32,000 nucleotides of DNA from Mycolicibacterium smegmatis (GTDB lineage: Bacteria; Actinomycetota; Actinomycetes; Mycobacteriales; Mycobacteriaceae), in assembly GCF_001457595.1 (NCBI RefSeq), contig NZ_LN831039.1:6930001-6962000 (forward strand). Direction: 5' to 3'. The stretch's first letter is position 1. Each line of letters begins with the position of its first letter. Shown piece after piece: positions 1 to 7,856 of this stretch. The notes beneath the pieces were generated by a model. It saw only the letters and a program-made list of their open reading frames with translations. It was not told where the DNA came from and did no database searches. Made by a program: the position numbers and the translations under genes.

Positions 1-444
1 GTCACGGTTGAACCCATCACCGATCACGCGCTTGTCGATCTCATGGTCGAACGCGACACCACGTACACGCCCACACTCTGGATCGACGACGCGGCGCATC
101 CCGACACCCGGGGCAACTTGAAGAAAGTCGCCGATGCGGGCGTCACCATCGTCATGGGCAGTGACACCTTCAGCGGCCGTGGCTTGTTCGGGGCGAATAC
201 GTTGGAAGAAGCCGAACTGATGGTCGCAGCCGGGATGACGCCGCTCCAGTCCCTGGTCGCAGGAACCAGTGCTGCGGCACGCCAGTGCGTCCGCCCCGAT
301 CTTGGCGCGGTGGCGCCCGGCAAGCGCGCCGACCTGGTGGTGCTGACCGCAGATCCCACTCGGGACATCGGCAACCTGCGCAACCTTGCCATGACAATTC
401 TCGATGGTGAGATCGTCGTCGACAACCGCCAAGGCACGACCTAA
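1..444 (+). CDS. Amidohydrolase / imidazolonepropionase-like protein, C-terminal part (5' end outside window)
   Basis: Frame 1 is open from base 1. It contains ADAGVTIVMGSDTF, AGMTPLQSLVAGTSAAA and LGAVAPGKRADLVVLTADPTRDI, typical of the amidohydrolase C-terminal metal-site and composite domain. Confidence 0.85.
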   Translation, partial: VTVEPITDHALVDLMVERDTTYTPTLWIDDAAHPDTRGNLKKVADAGVTIVMGSDTFSGRGLFGANTLEEAELMVAAGMTPLQSLVAGTSAAARQCVRPDLGAVAPGKRADLVVLTADPTRDIGNLRNLAMTILDGEIVVDNRQGTT

Positions 445-464
445 CTTTCGCAGGAAATGCACTC

Positions 465-1334
465 ATGAGGACGTGGTTCATCACCGGTATGAGCACCGGC
501 TTCGGCCGCTTGCTGACCGAAAGGCTGCTTGCGGCAGGCGATCGCGCAGCCGGCACACTCCGCGATCTCTCATCCGCCGACGACCTGAAAGAACAGTTCG
601 GCGATCGACTGTGGCTGGCACCCCTTGACCTGACCCATACCCACGAGATCCGGCCGACCGTCGACGCTGCCTGGGCTGCCATGCACCGTATCGACGTGCT
701 GGTCAGCAACGCCGGCTACGGCCTGCTCGGCGCGGCCGAAGAGGTCACCGACGCACAGATCCGGCATCAGATCGACACCAATCTCCTCGGATCGATACAG
801 CTCATACGGGCGGCCCTCCCCCACTTCCGTGCGCAGCACAGCGGCCGTATCCTCCAAATCTTAAGCCTAGGAGGACAAGTCACCATCCCTGGCAGCTCGC
901 TTTATCATGCGACAAAGTGGGGAATCGAGGGATTCATGGAAGCAGTTGCACAAGAGGTGGCAGTATTCGGGATCAGCTGCACTATCGTCGAACCCGGCGC
1001 CGCCCGTACCGGGTTCCGTAACCGAAGCGCAGTCGTCGGACCACGCATCCCCGCCTACGACCGCTCGCCTTCACGGAGGATGAATGACATCCACGACGAC
1101 AAGTCGATCACCTCCCCTGGGGACCCGGTCAAGATGGTCGACGCCATGATTACCTCCGTGGAGCAAGATCCCGCCCCACTACGCCTGGCGCTGGGCAGCG
1201 ACAGCTACTCCTACATCAAGACGGCCCTCACCACCCGTCTGGCCCAACTCGAAGCCCAAAGAGGCCTGGCTCTCTCGACCGATGCTGCAGACCAAGGCAA
1301 CAGCCCGAACTGGTTTCAGTCAGACAACGGCTGA
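465..1334 (+). CDS. Short-chain dehydrogenase/reductase family oxidoreductase
   Basis: ITGMSTGFGR nucleotide-binding motif, VSNAGYG, and YHATKWGIEGF (YxxxK catalytic motif). Confidence 0.9.
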   Translation: MRTWFITGMSTGFGRLLTERLLAAGDRAAGTLRDLSSADDLKEQFGDRLWLAPLDLTHTHEIRPTVDAAWAAMHRIDVLVSNAGYGLLGAAEEVTDAQIRHQIDTNLLGSIQLIRAALPHFRAQHSGRILQILSLGGQVTIPGSSLYHATKWGIEGFMEAVAQEVAVFGISCTIVEPGAARTGFRNRSAVVGPRIPAYDRSPSRRMNDIHDDKSITSPGDPVKMVDAMITSVEQDPAPLRLALGSDSYSYIKTALTTRLAQLEAQRGLALSTDAADQGNSPNWFQSDNG

Positions 1335-1389
1335 TGCGCGGACGGAAACCGGATAGCCGGCTCACTTGTCAAAGCCCAGGCGGTGTCGG

Positions 1390-2247
1390 ATGAACACATC
1401 TGGTAAACCACCACCCAACGGTGGCAACGCCGACAAGCTCGCCGAGCTACGCAACGCGATCCGTGGCATCGAAGCCGCCGAATCGACCTTCGGCGAGACA
1501 CGCCAGTCCACAACGGGCGACAACGGCACCACCGGACAAACTCATGCGCGCGGCACCTATGAGCCGATCACCTACCACGGCATGCCGGAAGGCCAGGACT
1601 GGATGCAGCGCCTGCCCGCTCGCTACAAGCACGGAGAGCGCGGATTCGACCGGCGCATCATGGAAGAACTCGCCGCCGTCGGCGTGCCGTGCTACACCCT
1701 CGGCGACCTGTCCAATCGCGTGCGGACGATCCCCCAAGGTATTCCCATCTTCATCGACTGGCTCACACACCTCGAAGACCGCATCCCCGGCGCCGATACA
1801 CCCCATCGTGAGGCGATCCGGGCAGGGCTGATCCGCAACCTCAATGACCCCGCAGCACGGGGAAACCCGGCCGCCATCAATGCCCTCGTCGTCCAACTGC
1901 GCCGACAGCCCCCGCTGCGCAGCGGACTGATCGGATACGCCACCGAGGCGCTCGCACACATCGCCACCAAACGCGACTGCCCCACGATCGTCGAACTCAT
2001 TGACGAACTGCTCCCCCACGGAGCAGTCGTGGGGCCCCTCATCGAATACCTCGGGAAGGTAAAAACTGATGAGGCAAAAGAACTCGTCCTGAGATTCCTC
2101 GACACACCGTCGACCTACTTCGCGCTGCGCGCCCTCATCCAGATGAAGGCAACCGGTGTCCGGGCGAGAGTCGAGCCCTACCTCACTCACATCAACGCCG
2201 CCATCCGCAAAGAGGCACGCCGGGCCATGGCGAGGTTGCCCGAGTGA
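1390..2247 (+). CDS. Hypothetical protein with HEAT-like helical repeats in the C-terminal half
   Basis: Open frame with ATG at 1390. The C-terminal half has repeated helical units (ALAHIATKRDCPTIVELIDELL, LIEYLGKVKTDEAKELVLRFL, ALRALIQMKATGVRARVEPYLTHINAAIRKEARRAMARL) resembling HEAT repeats. Confidence 0.6.
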   Translation: MNTSGKPPPNGGNADKLAELRNAIRGIEAAESTFGETRQSTTGDNGTTGQTHARGTYEPITYHGMPEGQDWMQRLPARYKHGERGFDRRIMEELAAVGVPCYTLGDLSNRVRTIPQGIPIFIDWLTHLEDRIPGADTPHREAIRAGLIRNLNDPAARGNPAAINALVVQLRRQPPLRSGLIGYATEALAHIATKRDCPTIVELIDELLPHGAVVGPLIEYLGKVKTDEAKELVLRFLDTPSTYFALRALIQMKATGVRARVEPYLTHINAAIRKEARRAMARLPE

Positions 2248-2543
2248 GCGAAAGCGACAAACCTCTCGATTCCGGCATCGATCTCAACATGCTCGCCGGC
2301 CAGACAGAAGCGCTGCGCCGAGCCCGCCAAGCGATCGACGCCATCGGCCGTGTGGAGGGCGAATCCGAGGACCGTCCCGTCCGCGTGTGGGTCACACCGT
2401 GTCCGGCACCCTCGTGGACATCGAACCAGCCGAGGACACCCGCTATTAGGAGCCAGGCCGGCTCAGCCGCCGCCGTTGTTGAAGCCGAACAACCTGTCTC
2501 GCACAACGCTGGACTACATGTCACTGAAGACTGCACCGCCTGA
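2244..2543 (+). pseudogene. Small ORF coupled to the upstream gene by a GTGA overlap; possibly a frameshifted YbaB/EbfC-like small protein
   Basis: GTG start at 2244 overlaps the upstream TGA (2245-2247). Frame 3 reads ...GRVEGESEDRPVRVWVT then becomes Pro/Ser-rich, while frame 2 continues with VSGTLVDIEPAEDTRY* (stop 2447-2449). Confidence 0.3.
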
Positions 2544-2597
2544 TCCATGTTGGGACTGACACATACGATTTTCGTGGAGCAGCAGCAGCAGCAATTT

Positions 2598-5531
2598 TCA
2601 CCGCGCCATATTCGTGAATCGCGAAAAGTGCAGCTGGTGCGCCACAGTGATGTTCGCGGTCGGACCGTTACGGTGCTTGCCGAGGATGATGTCGGCTTCG
2701 CCGCCGCGAGGGTCGTCACGATCAAATGCGTCAGGCCGGTGCAGCAGCATGACCATGTCGGCGTCCTGCTCCAGGCTGTTGTGCGCTGAGATGCCCTGCG
2801 CCACAAAGTTATGCGTGCCGGGCACGGTGCCGTCGTAGACATCGTGCTCACCGATGCTGGTGATGTCGACGATCTCGTCCCAGAACACGTCGTTGGTGGC
2901 GAGGTCGTGCAACGCAGCGTCCTCTTTCGGCACGGTGTCGAGATTCGTGTTCTGGGTGACACTCTCGAGCTCGGCGAGCAGGTCACGTGCGGCCGCGCCC
3001 CGTGCGCCGTGCACACCGACGTGCGCCATGAACCGCTTCTGGTTCTCGCGGCCGTAGATGAGCACATGCCAGCAGTCCCGGTACCCGGCCTTCTTGGCGC
3101 GTTTGATGCGCGCATACACCCCGACCCGCAGCAGCAGCTGCACAACGTCGTCAGCCAACTGCCGGCTGGTGGTCGCGTAGTACACGCGACCCTGCCCAAC
3201 CTTGGCGTCCCACCGCACCGAGCCGTCGGTCGCCCACAGATGCCGCAGGAACAGCGCCACCTGGTCGTTGGGCAGTGCGAAAACCTGGGCGGGGACGAAC
3301 TTTTCGTAGCTGCGCTTGCCGAACAGGCCGAGTTTGTCGAGCCACTCAGGGATCGGGTTGCGCTTACCGCGGGTCAACCGGTACGGCGCGGGAAGCCGAA
3401 GGGTGGTGACCCGCGCCGCGGCGTACTCGTCACGGATCGGCGTGACGCCGAAATGCTCCGCTGCGGTCTCGACCGCGAGCAGATTTCCCTCGTCGATCGA
3501 TGCGTAACGTATCGGCTGACGCTTCCCGCAGGACCCGTCGCCGATCATGTGCGCGAGCATCACGACCTCCGAGTCGTGCATACGCTGTGTGTCGACCGGG
3601 TCGGGCACGAGGCGGGGCGTGGCCAGCCGGTCGCCGGGCTTCAACTCGCCCAACGGAACCCAGCCGTCGAGCGTGAGGAAGGGATGGTTGGCAGTTGCCT
3701 CGACTTCGCGGCCCGACGCCATCCGCAGTGTGAACACCTCTTTGCGCCCGCTGGGGAACACGTTGGTCATGGGCCGCGCGACCATGCGCTTGTGCTCGTC
3801 CAGCGACCACACCAGCGGCCGCTCTCCGGTTGCCATGAGCTCGCCGAAGGTGACCTCGGCGCCCGTGTCGGCGCGCAAGATTCGGGTGTTCGCGGTCATG
3901 CACCCCGACTCACGAAGATCGGACACCTGCGGACGCTTGTCGGTCCGTTGCTCAGGCCCACGGTTCAGCTGGCTGATCGCCACCACGGGCACGTCGAGCT
4001 CTTTGGCCATCAGCTTGAGGCTTCGCGAGAAGTCCGAGACTTCCTGCTGACGTGACTCGTACTTCTTGCCCGAGGTCATCAGCTGCATGTAGTCGACGAC
4101 GATGAGCCGCAGATCGGACTTCTGCGCCAAACGCCGTGCCTTGGCGCGGATCTCCATCATGGTGAGGTTCGGCGAGTCGTCGATGTAGAGCGGTGCCTCG
4201 CTGATCTCGCTCATGCGCCGCGCCAGACGCGTCCAGTCGTCGTCGGTCATACGGCCGGACCGCATGTCGCCGAGCTTGATCTTCGCCTCGGCCGACAGCA
4301 GGCGCATGACGATCTCGGACTTGCTCATCTCCAGGGAGAAGATGACGCTGGCCATGCGGTGCTTGATGGAGCACGACCGCATGAAGTCCAGCCCGAGTGT
4401 CGAGTTGTGCGTGGGAACCATGCCCGGCCCGGCCAGGTACAGGTGCTCGGGGTTGTCCACCTCGACACACCGCACGGGCACGCTGGGCCGCCGGCGAACC
4501 GCGGTGATCTGAACCGCCGGGGCCAGCAGTGCCGTGCCGCCACGGCCGCCCGAGGCGCTCACCACGGTGTGCATACCGGCACGCAGGTTGGCGGTGATGC
4601 GGACCCCGTGCTCGGTGGGCCACTGATGCTGCGCATCGGCGACGATCGCGGTGCCGTCGGAGAACTCGACGACGTAGCAGGGCCGCCCGAGCATCACGTC
4701 GGTGTCGGCGACCACGCGTGTGGGTTCGCCGTCGGGGCCGAGGAGATGGTCACCCACCGCGACGTCGCCCATCGTCGTCCATCCGCTGGGCGTCGGAAGC
4801 GGGGTGTCGAGCGCGAGCGCCTTACCCACACCGGGACGCGCAGCGATGATGATCATCTGCCCGGCGTGCAACCCGTTGGTGACCTCGTCGAGTTCGGTGA
4901 ACCCGGTGGGCACACCGCGTGCGATACCGCCCTGCGACGCGATCGCGTCGATCTCGTCCATCGTGGGCTGCAGCAGGTCCTCGAGCGGCACGAAGTCCTC
5001 GGAGGCGCGGCGCTCGGTGACGTCGTAGATCTCGGCCTGGGCGCGGTCGACGATGTCGGCCACGTCGGCACCGTCGGCGCCGGCGTAGCCGTACTGCACG
5101 ACGCGTGTGCCGGCCTCCACGAGCCGGCGCAGCAGCGCCTTCTCGGCCACGATGCCGGCGTAGAAGCCCGCGTTGGCCGCGGTGGGCACCGTCGAGATCA
5201 GGGTGTGCAGATAGGGCGCGCCACCGATGCGGCGCAGCAGACCGCGCCGGTCCAGCTCGGCCGCGACGGTGACCGCGTCAGCGGGCTCACCGCGGCCGTA
5301 GAGGTCGAGGATCGCGTCGTAGACGCTCTGGTGGGCGGGACGGTAGAAGTCGCCGGGACGCAGCCGCTCCAGCACGTCGGCGATGGCGTCCTTGCTCAGC
5401 AGCATGCCGCCGAGCACAGCCTGCTCGGCGGCCATGTCCTGAGGCGGCTGGCGGCCGAAATCTCCGCTTGGCGGCGGACCATCGATGTCCGCGGGACCAT
5501 CCGGATGCCCGAGGTCGTCCACGACTGCCAA
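2598..5531 (-). CDS. dnaB: Replicative DNA helicase DnaB containing two inteins (977-aa precursor, 463-aa host protein)
   Basis: DnaB N-terminal domain (AAEQAVLGGMLLSKDAI), Walker A (ARPGVGK|STLGLDF), Walker B (LIVVDYMQLM), QVSDLRESG|SLEQDADMVMLLHR, and C-terminal GPTANITVAHQLHFSRFTN. TTG start at 5531, TGA at 2598-2600. Confidence 0.97.
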   Translation of the reverse strand: MAVVDDLGHPDGPADIDGPPPSGDFGRQPPQDMAAEQAVLGGMLLSKDAIADVLERLRPGDFYRPAHQSVYDAILDLYGRGEPADAVTVAAELDRRGLLRRIGGAPYLHTLISTVPTAANAGFYAGIVAEKALLRRLVEAGTRVVQYGYAGADGADVADIVDRAQAEIYDVTERRASEDFVPLEDLLQPTMDEIDAIASQGGIARGVPTGFTELDEVTNGLHAGQMIIIAARPGVGKALALDTPLPTPSGWTTMGDVAVGDHLLGPDGEPTRVVADTDVMLGRPCYVVEFSDGTAIVADAQHQWPTEHGVRITANLRAGMHTVVSASGGRGGTALLAPAVQITAVRRRPSVPVRCVEVDNPEHLYLAGPGMVPTHNSTLGLDFMRSCSIKHRMASVIFSLEMSKSEIVMRLLSAEAKIKLGDMRSGRMTDDDWTRLARRMSEISEAPLYIDDSPNLTMMEIRAKARRLAQKSDLRLIVVDYMQLMTSGKKYESRQQEVSDFSRSLKLMAKELDVPVVAISQLNRGPEQRTDKRPQVSDLRESGCMTANTRILRADTGAEVTFGELMATGERPLVWSLDEHKRMVARPMTNVFPSGRKEVFTLRMASGREVEATANHPFLTLDGWVPLGELKPGDRLATPRLVPDPVDTQRMHDSEVVMLAHMIGDGSCGKRQPIRYASIDEGNLLAVETAAEHFGVTPIRDEYAAARVTTLRLPAPYRLTRGKRNPIPEWLDKLGLFGKRSYEKFVPAQVFALPNDQVALFLRHLWATDGSVRWDAKVGQGRVYYATTSRQLADDVVQLLLRVGVYARIKRAKKAGYRDCWHVLIYGRENQKRFMAHVGVHGARGAAARDLLAELESVTQNTNLDTVPKEDAALHDLATNDVFWDEIVDITSIGEHDVYDGTVPGTHNFVAQGISAHNSLEQDADMVMLLHRPDAFDRDDPRGGEADIILGKHRNGPTANITVAHQLHFSRFTNMAR
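2778..3902 (-). other. Intein 2 of DnaB: 375-aa intein with LAGLIDADG-type homing endonuclease domain
   Basis: Junctions are SDLRESG|CMTANTRILRADTG...FVAQGISAHN|SLEQDADM, checked at the nucleotide level. Block B is TANHPFL, dodecapeptides are VVMLAHMIGDGS and VALFLRHLWATDGS, block F is DVYDGTVPGTHNFVAQG. Confidence 0.95.
4404..4820 (-). other. Intein 1 of DnaB: 139-aa mini-intein in the Walker A loop, class 3 (WCT) signature
   Basis: Junctions are ARPGVGK|ALALDTPLP...GMVPTHN|STLGLDF, checked at the nucleotide level. It starts with Ala instead of Cys/Ser, has Trp at intein position 67 (DAQHQW), Cys in block F (VRCVEVDNPEHLYL), Thr before the terminal His-Asn (PTHN), +1 Ser, and no endonuclease domain. 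Confidence 0.93.
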
Positions 5532-5665
5532 GGACTACCCACCCCCTTCGAGACCAGCCTCACGACACGCTCGAACGTCTATTCGAATCGGTACTGCAAC
5601 TGTAAAACGGGCCGCCGACAAGTCGCCGCAACAGCACCGCAGCGCCTCACGCTAGACGTTGCTGG

Positions 5666-5685
5666 AGGCCGGGAAAACCCGGCCT
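5666..5685. other. Perfect 8-bp-stem hairpin (AGGCCGGG-AAAA-CCCGGCCT) in the dnaB upstream region
   Basis: Read directly: left arm 5666-5673, loop 5674-5677, right arm 5678-5685. Confidence 0.75.
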
Positions 5686-5696
5686 GTTCATCAACC

Positions 5697-5825
5697 TGTG
5701 GATGGCGTGGGGATATCTGTGGACAGCGATGTTTACGCGTTGGGGAGAACTTGTGGATTACCGCATTGTGATCCGATGTCTTCCCAGTTCAGAAGCCTAG
5801 AAGACCCCTTGGGCATTGTGGATGA
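5697..5825 (+). promoter_or_regulatory. Cluster of four DnaA-box-like 9-mers
   Basis: TGTGGATGG (5697-5705), TGTGGACAG (5718-5726), TGTGGATTA (5752-5760), TGTGGATGA (5817-5825). These resemble the reverse complement of TTATCCACA / TTGTCCACA, all in one orientation. Confidence 0.6.
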
Positions 5826-5969
5826 CAAATTCATCGGCGTGTCGTGGCGGGTTGCCCGCTCGGGCGTGTTGTGTTGCGCCGAAGGGCCCAACAGGTTAAC
5901 GAACGGTTAGGTTCGCTGTCCTCGTTTTCGTTCGAGAAGTTCGCCAGCCGGCGGTGCGGGCATACAGCA

Positions 5970-6009
5970 ACGCCCGGGTGGGAACCGTGACGGGTTCCCA
6001 CCCGGGCGT
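5970..6009 (-). terminator. Likely intrinsic terminator of the rpsF-ssb-rpsR-rplI operon
   Basis: Perfect 17-bp inverted repeat ACGCCCGGGTGGGAACC / GGTTCCCACCCGGGCGT with 6-nt loop, 43 bp past the rplI stop. No clear U-tract. Confidence 0.8.
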
Positions 6010-6051
6010 ATGACTGCCGACTGGATCAGCCGGCGACTTCGACTGTGCAGA

Positions 6052-6507
6052 CTACTGCGCGACGACGTTCAGCGACACCTTGGCTTCCACGCCGGTGTGC
6101 AGCTTGACGGTCACCGGATAGGAGCCGACCGACTTGATGTGCGCCTTGGCCAACTGCACCGTGCGCTTGTCGAGGTTCGGGCCACCGGCCTTCTTGATCG
6201 CGTTCACGACGTCGGCAGCGGTGACGGAACCGAACAGCTTGCCGGTGTCGCCGGCCGCGTTGACCGACAGCGTGACGTCGCCCAGGCCCTCGAGCGCGGT
6301 CTTGAGCTCGTTGGCGTGCTCGATGTCGCGGATGACCTTGGACTCGCGAGCGCGGCGGATCTCCTCGGCCTGACGCTCGGCCCCACGGGAGGCGACGATG
6401 GCCAGCCCGCGCGGCAGCAGGTAGTTACGGCCGTAGCCGTCCTTGACCTCGACGGTGTCGCCGGCGGCACCCAGGTGCTCAACCTCGGCGGTGAGAATCA
6501 GCTTCAT
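6052..6507 (-). CDS. rplI: 50S ribosomal protein L9
   Basis: [40 protein letters not shown] is the canonical L9 N-terminus; 151 aa. Confidence 0.98.
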   Translation of the reverse strand: MKLILTAEVEHLGAAGDTVEVKDGYGRNYLLPRGLAIVASRGAERQAEEIRRARESKVIRDIEHANELKTALEGLGDVTLSVNAAGDTGKLFGSVTAADVVNAIKKAGGPNLDKRTVQLAKAHIKSVGSYPVTVKLHTGVEAKVSLNVVAQ

Positions 6508-6525
6508 ATCTCTCTCCGTTCCTGG

Positions 6526-6780
6526 CTAGCGCGTCGACGAGCCGAACGGCAGCAGCGCCACCTCGCGGGCATTCTTCACCGCGACTGCGATGTCGCGCTG
6601 GTGCTGGACGCAGTTGCCGGTCACACGGCGGGCACGGATCTTGCCGCGCTCGCTGATGTAGGTGCGCAGCAGCGCGGTGTCCTTGTAGTCGATGGTCTGC
6701 CCCTTCTTGGAGCAGAACACGCACTTACGGGTCTTGACCGGCTTTTCCGGTGCCGGCCGTCGCTTGTTGGACTTGGCCAT
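6526..6780 (-). CDS. rpsR: 30S ribosomal protein S18, Cys-containing form
   Basis: [64 protein letters not shown]; 84 aa. Confidence 0.97.
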
Positions 6781-6816
6781 TGATTATCTCTTCCTTGCAA
6801 AAAAATTCGATGTTGA

Positions 6817-7314
6817 TCAGAAGGGCGGTTCGTCGTCGGCACCGCTGAAGGAACCCGACGCCGGAGCGCTACCCCACGGATCGTCCTTGGGCTCGGACTG
6901 GCGGGATCCACCACCGCCGGATCCGAAGCCGCCACCCCCGCCACCGCTACGGCTGGCCTTGTTGACCTTGGCCGTGGCGTAGCGCAGGGACGGGCCGATC
7001 TCGTCGACCTCAACCTCGACAACAGTGCGCTTCTCACCCTCGCGGGTTTCGAACGAGCGCTGCTTGAGCCGTCCGGTGACGATCACCCGCGAACCGCGGG
7101 TGAGGCTTTCGGCCACGTTCTCGGCGGCCTCACGCCAGATGTTGCACCGAAGGAAAAGTGCCTCGCCGTCTTTCCATTCACCGCTCTGGCGGTCGAACAT
7201 GCGCGGTGTCGACGCAACGGTGAAGTTGGCGACGGCAGCGCCGGACGGGGTGAAGCGCAGTTCCGGGTCCGCTGTCAGGTTTCCGACAACGGTGATGGTG
7301 GTGTCACCAGCCAC
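6817..7314 (-). CDS. ssb: Single-stranded DNA-binding protein
   Basis: [26 protein letters not shown]-terminus, Gly-rich linker, acidic tail GADDEPPF; 165 aa. Confidence 0.97.
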   Translation of the reverse strand: MAGDTTITVVGNLTADPELRFTPSGAAVANFTVASTPRMFDRQSGEWKDGEALFLRCNIWREAAENVAESLTRGSRVIVTGRLKQRSFETREGEKRTVVEVEVDEIGPSLRYATAKVNKASRSGGGGGGFGSGGGGSRQSEPKDDPWGSAPASGSFSGADDEPPF

Positions 7315-7386
7315 GAGATCCTCCTGGAGTGGGCGTCCTATTGCGGGCGAGCCTACGCAAGCTGCACGACAGGAGCAGCCGTTCGC

Positions 7387-7677
7387 TCAGTGCTTGTCGG
7401 TCCGAAGCACCTTGGTGCGCAGCACCGACTCGTTCAGGTTGAGCTGACGGTCGAGCTCGGACACCGTGGCGGGCTCTGCCTTGACGTCGATGACGGCGTA
7501 GATGCCCTCGGCGTGCTTGGCGATCTCGTAAGCGAGACGGCGGCGGCCCCAGATGTCAACCTTGTCGACGGTCCCGCCATCCTTGCGGATGACGTTCAGG
7601 AACGTCTCCAGGGACGGAGCAACAGTGCGCTCGTCAAGTGTGGGGTCGAGAATGACCATGATTTCGTATGGACGCAT
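7387..7677 (-). CDS. rpsF: 30S ribosomal protein S6
   Basis: [35 protein letters not shown]. The track start at 7713 is an upstream GTG that reads through the Shine-Dalgarno-like sequence; the ATG at 7677 is preferred. 96 aa. Confidence 0.95.
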
Positions 7678-7708
7678 TAGAACCTCATCACCTCCTATGG
7701 TCGTCGCG

Positions 7709-7728
7709 GCCACGGCGTGTTCCGTGGC
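7709..7728 (-). promoter_or_regulatory. Leader hairpin upstream of rpsF, candidate S6:S18-type regulatory leader
   Basis: Perfect stem GCCACGG/CCGTGGC with 6-nt loop, directly upstream of the AGGAGG (7691-7696 on the minus strand). Confidence 0.35.
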
Positions 7729-7856
7729 AGGAGGGTCGCCTGCGTCGGCAACCGGCTAAGGCTACAGGAAACTGACGTGAGCTGCGAAATCGGTGCCGCC
7801 CCGCCTTCTGCTCTGCCGATACGCTGAGAGTTTGTCCAGGCAATCAGGGGGGTTTC

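Noticed and set aside
2578-2592. (AGC)5 trinucleotide run just beyond the dnaB stop
   Set aside because: Only five copies; likely chance or minor polymorphism, not a defined repeat element.
4359-5771. 470-aa plus-strand ORF antisense to dnaB
   Set aside because: High-GC shadow ORF with Arg/His/Val-rich composition and no recognisable domain, opposite a well-supported dnaB.
5659-5910. 83-aa plus-strand ORF in the rplI-dnaB gap
   Set aside because: It spans the hairpin and DnaA-box-like motifs, has no RBS or family resemblance, and is better explained as regulatory DNA.
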